8,990 bases of DNA from Octopus sinensis. Its lineage: Eukaryota. The stretch covers positions 1 through 8,990 of the forward strand of contig NW_021828153.1 of assembly GCF_006345805.1 (NCBI RefSeq), read 5' to 3'. Shown in pieces: positions 7,766 through 8,990 of this stretch; the first letter of the stretch is position 1; every line of letters starts with the position of its first letter. The position numbers were made by a program, and so were the translations under genes. The notes beneath the pieces are model-generated. The model searched no databases. It saw only the letters and a program-made list of their open reading frames with translations, and was not told where the DNA came from.

Positions 7766-8040
7766 TCTAACACTGTTATTATTCATACACAGTCACTGAT
7801 ACCAGCATCACCAAAATCCGTTAACTTTATTCTGGTTGATAAATTACTTATCGCACAAATCTGATCTTTGCTCTAACATCTGTGATTCTCTCTCAGCACA
7901 TGTATCATCTCCGAGTACTGTCTCATTAATAACCACACCTAAATACACACACATACACACACACACACACAACATATTCTTCAATGCATTTTCAACATAG
8001 TCTTATCAGGGATCATTTAAGTCATTAAATATTTAATTTA

Positions 8041-8702
8041 TTCTTTTATTCTTTTAGTCTTTTGTTCTTTTCAGTCATTTGGCTGCGGCCATGCTGGAGC
8101 ACTGCCTTTAATAAAGTGAATCGATCCCAGGAATTCTTTGTAATCCTAGTACTTATTTTATCAGTCTCTTTTGCCAAACTGCAAAGTTGTAGAGACGTAA
8201 GCACACAAACATCAGTTGTCAAGTAATATTGGGGTGACAAACATATATGTATATATATATATTACGGAGATGTACTTGCATAGCAAGTGACCTGATCTGA
8301 GATTGTGTGCTGGAATGAAAACAATTGCAGTGTGGAAGGTGTTTATAAGCCATTTAAGAAACACACAAAAACCGTTAGATTCACTTCAACATTTAAATAT
8401 AATTTGTCAAAATATTTTCGTCTCTTTGAGACCGCGACCTGTTCACTGACAAAATTCTATGCAGCACAGAATTTTATCATTGAACAAGTTGTGGTCTCAA
8501 AGTCACGAAAATATTTTGACAAATTAAATTTAAATGTTGAAGTGAATCTAACGGTTTTCGTGTGTTTCTTAAATGGCTTCTAAACACCTTCCACACTGCA
8601 ATTGTTTATATATATATATATATATGCCAAGGTGCCATGCAGTGGTACTGAACTCAGAACTATGTGGTTGGTAAGCAAGCTACTTACCACACAGCCACTT
8701 CT
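8041..8702 (-). mobile_element. SINE family A split by a foldback element: distal part 8041-8242, head 8626-8702
   Basis: The head matches 158-236. The distal part contains CAGTCATTTGGCTGCGGCCATGCTGGAGCACTGCC and a (TCTTTTA)-like tail. About 75 nt present in other copies is missing after the second TA tract. Confidence 0.88.
8263..8607. mobile_element. Foldback/palindromic MITE-like element inside (TA)n
   Basis: Arms 8319-8458 and 8468-8607 are reverse complements at 130/140 without gaps; the centre is ATGCAGCAC. (TA)n lies on both sides (8243-8262, 8607-8625). 8263-8318 is unpaired. Confidence 0.85.
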
Positions 8703-8809
8703 AATATTTTCAATATCCCGTGATGGTAAAAATTTCTTCAGTCTTTCGGTTATTTATGCAACTGAAAGGATGTGATATGCATCTACCACTTGTAATGTCA
8801 ATGTCAAAT

Positions 8810-8920
8810 GAATGAGATTCTACGTGGTTGTTCAGTTTGTTAGAAACAGCAAGCAAAACTCTCTTTCTCTCCGAATCACATTCTCTCATCTTGAACTAAA
8901 ACACATTGGATGATAAAATC
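8810..8920 (+). repeat. Unclassified interspersed repeat fragment (family C), diverged
   Basis: Weak inverted similarity to 1835-1935. Confidence 0.35.
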
Positions 8921-8990
8921 CTAAGAAGGCAATCCTTCGGTATTGGTGTACAGAGCGTCAGTATGAGGAGACAACTCATTCACCCCTTCT

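Noticed and set aside
8417-8449. Hammerhead ribozyme / Penelope-like end (stem followed by GAAA on the minus strand)
   Set aside because: The required CUGANGA core is absent upstream of the stem.
356-8583. All ORFs in the supplied track
   Set aside because: They are short and lie in microsatellites (YI/CV/HT/M runs), SINEs (4388, 5421, 8046) or the palindrome (8305), or have no recognisable domain.

Overview
AT-rich, non-coding eukaryotic DNA (intronic or intergenic). Nearly half is interspersed repeats plus microsatellites, and no supportable protein-coding or RNA gene was found. The repeat repertoire resembles what I recall from Octopus (coleoid cephalopod) genomes; this is an inference, not a database result. 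It contains two tRNA-derived SINE families in several copies each: family A (CORE-like, with an internal TA/TG microsatellite) and family B (rich in GTCGA motifs). Best-supported structures: (1) a head-to-tail dimer of SINE B bounded by one perfect 14-bp TSD, nested inside a SINE A copy (5965-6743); (2) a foldback element with 140-bp arms at 93% identity sitting in the internal (TA)n of another SINE A copy (8041-8702); (3) a 60-bp hAT-like mini-MITE with an 8-bp TSD; (4) two old local tandem duplications (126-bp and 203-bp period). All listed ORFs are explained by microsatellites, repeats or chance. Two weak candidate small exons are flagged. I found no evidence for a novel protein-coding system; the interest lies in repeat architecture and possible dsRNA or Pol III outputs.
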